Positions 61,319 through 64,000 of a DNA stretch of 64,000 nucleotides are shown piece by piece. The DNA lies in NCBI GenBank assembly GCA_951406725.2, contig OX597818.1, positions 55,428,001-55,492,000 of the forward strand, read 5' to 3'. A model generated the notes under the pieces. That model saw only the letters and a program-made list of their open reading frames with translations. It had not been told where the DNA came from and did not search any database. Position 1 is the stretch's first letter; the number at the start of each line of letters is the position of its first letter. A program made the translations under genes and the position numbers. This DNA comes from Octopus vulgaris (taxonomy: Eukaryota).

Positions 61319-61705
61319 TCTTTATATATAAAAGTGAAGTTGTGTCTGTCTCCTACAATTTAGATTCCTAACTACTCCCACATTTTGCGGTGCAGTTTAA
61401 CCAAAACCGGGTATCTTATAGTCGTGATTCATATCGAGCCCTTCTGGGTATTAGCATGAGTCTACGATTTAAAAAAAAAATTACCATCATTTTTTTCCAT
61501 TTTAATGCATTTTTTCGCTATTATATAAGGGAAGTAACTCTCTAAAAATGTCTACGATGAGTCAACGATTTAAAAAAAAATTTACCATCATTTTTTTTCC
61601 ATTTTTAATGCATTTTTTTTTGCTATTTTTTGGCTATAACTCTCTAAAAATGCTTATATAGTTATTTCCCTTACAAACCCGAGCAACGCCGGGCGATACT
61701 GCTAG
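61319..61705 (+). mobile_element. Non-autonomous Helitron
   Basis: A|TC...CTAG|T; third copy of the family. Confidence 0.9.
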
Positions 61706-62126
61706 TAAATGATAAAAGACAACAGGTAGTTTCGTTCTTAGGAGATTTGACCAAAGTGGTCTTTGTCCCGATGGAGATTTCTCATCGGTTCCAACGCATA
61801 TTATCTCGGGGGACTAACTTATTGAACGAGTTTTCTTTTTTTTTTTTTTTTTTTTTTTCGTGAAGACAGTATTGTATGTTTTGAAAGTGATTTAACTATT
61901 ATTGTTAACAGGTCAAGCTACTACGTAAATAAAACCCGTGTGATTTTCTTTCGCGGTTAATAACATGTGTAACAGAGCAGTTCGTGTTTCGAGGGCAGTG
62001 TTCGATTTAAATCTACAAAAGGCCACCTTTCTTCCTGTCTCTTACAAATTTGTAGCTTTGTGTTAAAACTAGGTATAGTTGTTGTTATCATTATTATTAT
62101 TATTATTGTTGTTGTTGTTGTTGAAA

Positions 62127-62815
62127 AGGCGACGAGCTGGCAGAAACGTTAGCACGCCGGGCGAAATACTTAGCAGTATTTCATCTGTCGTTATGTTCTG
62201 AGTTCAAATTCGGCTGGGGTCGACATTGCCTTTCATCCTTTCGGGGTCGATTAAATAAGTACCAGTTACGCACTGGGGTCGTTGTAATCGACTAGCCCCC
62301 TTCCCCACCCACCCCTTAATTTTTCAAGGCCTTGTGCCTATAGTAGAAAGGATTATTTTTTTATTATTGTTGAAGGCGATGCGCTGGCAGAATCGTTAAG
62401 GCGCTGGACGAAATGCTAAGCGGTATTTCGCCCGTCGATACGTTCCGAGTTCAGATTTCGCCGAGGTCGACTTTGCCTTTTATCCTTTCGGAGTTCATAC
62501 AATGAGTACCAGCTAAGTACTGGGGTCGATGTAATCGACCTTTCTCCACCCCCAAATTTCAGGCCTTGTCTATCGTAGAAAGGATTATTACTAGCGCTTA
62601 TAAGGCGGGAAACTAGCAGAATCGTTAGCGCGCTGGACGAAATGCTAAGCGGCATTTCGCCAGTCGCTACGTTCTGAGTTCAAATTCTGCCGAGGTCGAC
62701 TTTACCTCTTTCATCCTTTCGGGGTCAACAGAATAAGTATCAGTGAAAAACACTGGGGTCGATGTAATCGATTCACCCCCACCTCCCCCAAGCTGCCCTT
62801 GTGACTAAAATTTGA
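62127..62815 (+). mobile_element. Three successive SINE family B copies
   Basis: Heads at ~62128, ~62374 and ~62604, each with the ccttgtg..tagtagaaagg-type tail. Confidence 0.85.
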
Positions 62816-62832
62816 AATAATAATAATAATAA

Positions 62833-63176
<344 letters not shown>

Positions 63177-63357
63177 TTTTTTATTATTATTATTGTTATT
63201 ATTGTTATTATTATTATTATTATTGTTGTTGTTGTTGTTGTTGTACGGATTTTATTCTTCCTAGCTCATAAAAGGGGCGATCTCTTTTCATGGGTCATGT
63301 CGTTGTTGTTGTTATTGCTGCTGGTGATGGTGATGATGGTGGTGGTGGTGCTGACCC

Positions 63358-63388
<31 letters not shown>

Positions 63389-63544
63389 ACATGCCAGCGT
63401 TGAGGCCTAATTTTGCTTTCTTCCCTTTTCCTACCAATGAGTGTATTCGGGGGCATTGCGTTCATCTTGAAAAAAAAAAAAAAGATTCAGGCACATTCTG
63501 ACAGCAGCGGCAACAACAGCACTCTCATGACAACAACAATAAAA

Positions 63545-63832
63545 CTACTACCACCACTATTACTACCACCACCACCACCACTACTACTACTATCCCCACC
63601 ACCACCACTACTACTACTACTACCATCACCACCACCACCACCACCAACACCACTACTACTAACACCGCCACCACCACCACTACTAACACCGCCACCACCA
63701 CTACTACCACCACCACCACCACTACTACCACCACCACTATTAATACTAATACCACCACCACCACCAATACTACTACCACTACCACCACTACTAACCACAC
63801 TACCACCACCACCACCACCACCTCCACTACTA

Positions 63833-63893
<61 letters not shown>
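63545..63893. repeat. (CCA/CTA)n trinucleotide field
   Basis: Directly visible. Confidence 0.95.
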
Positions 63894-64000
63894 AGTATTA
63901 GTAATTATGGTGTTGTCTTAGTCAGCCCTAATAAACTCGACCAATGATCTTATGTTGTTGCTATTATTGTTCGTGGTGGTGGTGGCGGCGGCGGCAGTGG

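Overview
Eukaryotic, AT-rich, microsatellite-saturated intergenic or intronic DNA. The three tRNA-derived SINE families and the repeat landscape resemble an Octopus (coleoid cephalopod) genome; this is inference. I recognise no host protein-coding exon, and nearly all ORFs in the track are microsatellite or SINE artefacts. Real coding remnants are all transposon-derived: two Penelope-like elements (PLEs) with GIY-YIG endonuclease, mariner/Tc1 derivatives, R4/Dong-type and CR1-group LINE fragments, and a possible Merlin relic. Non-autonomous Helitrons, hAT MITEs and long-TIR MITEs are also present. The main hidden signal is RNA structure. (1) About 16 minimal type-I hammerhead ribozyme (HHR) motifs lie in 64 kb, several with natural core variants, including a compensatory A3-U8 swap at 28927-28959. 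(2) Four short non-coding palindromic elements fold back at or right beside the hammerhead core; one carries two back-to-back ribozymes with intact cores (52028-52287). (3) A unique, strand-specific pri-miRNA-like hairpin sits at 4269-4363. (4) Two further G:U-biased plus-strand structures occur at 24244-24454 and 49151-49294. All folding was done by eye, and no activity or expression is demonstrated.
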